IMG/VR virus record: IMGVR_UViG_3300018080_000116
Span: 32,001-96,000 of that record
Direction: 5' to 3' (one strand)
Source of the DNA: a virus
Length of the DNA stretch: 64,000 nucleotides
The notes below the pieces were generated by a model, which had not been told where the DNA came from, searched no databases, and saw nothing but the letters and a program-made list of their open reading frames with translations. This document shows positions 63,311 through 64,000 of this stretch, piece by piece (position 1 is the stretch's first letter; the number at the start of each line of letters is the position of its first letter). Both the position numbers and the translations under genes were made by a program.

Positions 63311-63772
63311 CTACTTCTTCACGACGTACTTGGTTCCTTCCACGACGATCCATTCCATGGTCCTGAGATCGACTTGACGCATTTGGGGACCGGTTTCGAC
63401 CAGTTCTTCCACCTGGGCGTAGCCCGTGTCGTTGGTGGCGAGGAATCGGCAGATCATGTTACGGTCGGAGCCGTCTTTCTTGACGAATTGGATCTGGATG
63501 GGTTTGTTGGGGCTATCCTTGAGGATGCCGATGATCTTGGTTCGGCTGAGGGTGACTTCTTCTTCAACGAAGTTGCCTGAGAACCCTTTTTGGATCAGTG
63601 GTTCGCCTTGGACGGTGAACATCTGGTCTTGTTCGATGTTCTTGACGACGAGGCACAGGTCTCCGTCTTTGTTTTTTACTTCCTCCACGATGGTGTAGAA
63701 GTGAAAGGCGACGACATCGCCTTTTTTGACTTTGGTGGGATCGAGTTCATTGATTACTTTGTCTTCGTTCAT
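63311..63772 (-). CDS. hypothetical protein, C-terminal SH3-like barrel
   Basis: FVKKDGSDRNM.C..RQVDLRT..WI...GTKY. Confidence 0.75.
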   Translation of the reverse strand: MNEDKVINELDPTKVKKGDVVAFHFYTIVEEVKNKDGDLCLVVKNIEQDQMFTVQGEPLIQKGFSGNFVEEEVTLSRTKIIGILKDSPNKPIQIQFVKKDGSDRNMICRFLATNDTGYAQVEELVETGPQMRQVDLRTMEWIVVEGTKYVVKK

Positions 63773-64000
63773 TGGTTTTCCTTTCTCCTTGTTAATCGGT
63801 AAGAGCGTTCAATTCTTCCGGCCATTTTGATTTTCCGCTTATCGCAATATCGGCCAGATCACCCAGGAGATCCCATTGGACGTTGAAGGTGTCACCTTCT
63901 CGGAGGTACGTGTCCAGTTCTCGGAAAGATCTCAACACCAGAGACTCTCCATCTGGAAAGGGGCTTTTTTTATAGAACAGTTGGAGGGACAGGCGGGACA

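Noticed and set aside
1-64000. Stop-codon recoding (alternative genetic code as in some large phages)
   Set aside because: TAA, TAG and TGA all end genes that are immediately followed by coupled starts or promoters; standard-code coding density is already high

Overview
A gene-dense stretch (~58% GC by eye) of what is most likely a large or jumbo tailed-phage genome; the host cannot be determined. No structural, rRNA or core replication genes were recognised. From 1 to 53.7 kb about 100 short, mostly unknown genes run on the + strand; from 55 to 63.8 kb they run on the - strand, converging on a repeat-rich non-coding gap at about 53.75-54.98 kb. Recognisable proteins are ArdC-like antirestriction, CPBP/Abi protease, DUF3228, DUF6011, DUF3006, two nucleotidyltransferase-fold proteins, a sulfotransferase, a class I SAM methyltransferase, a PTP-like phosphatase, a DnaB/RecA-like ATPase and many Zn-ribbon proteins. 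The most striking structure is non-coding. (1) There are 18 co-oriented copies of a promoter-like element, CGAACC-N17/18-TATAAG (one copy N15). Thirteen lie in a 38.4-50.6 kb block that they cut into promoter/5' stem-loop/1-4 gene/hairpin cassettes. (2) One cassette has no ORF and encodes a ~570-nt structured RNA with two aberrant tRNA-like cloverleaves. (3) Many proteins of this block end in Ala-Ala, resembling a ClpXP degron. (4) Three tandem genes carry twin-arginine-like leaders, one fused to a DnaB/RecA-like ATPase. Further repeat families include GGATNNATCC arrays with 13-bp period, TAAGTC-N13-GACTTA palindromes and covarying triloop hairpins. All family assignments come from motif recognition by eye; no database searches or folding programs were run.
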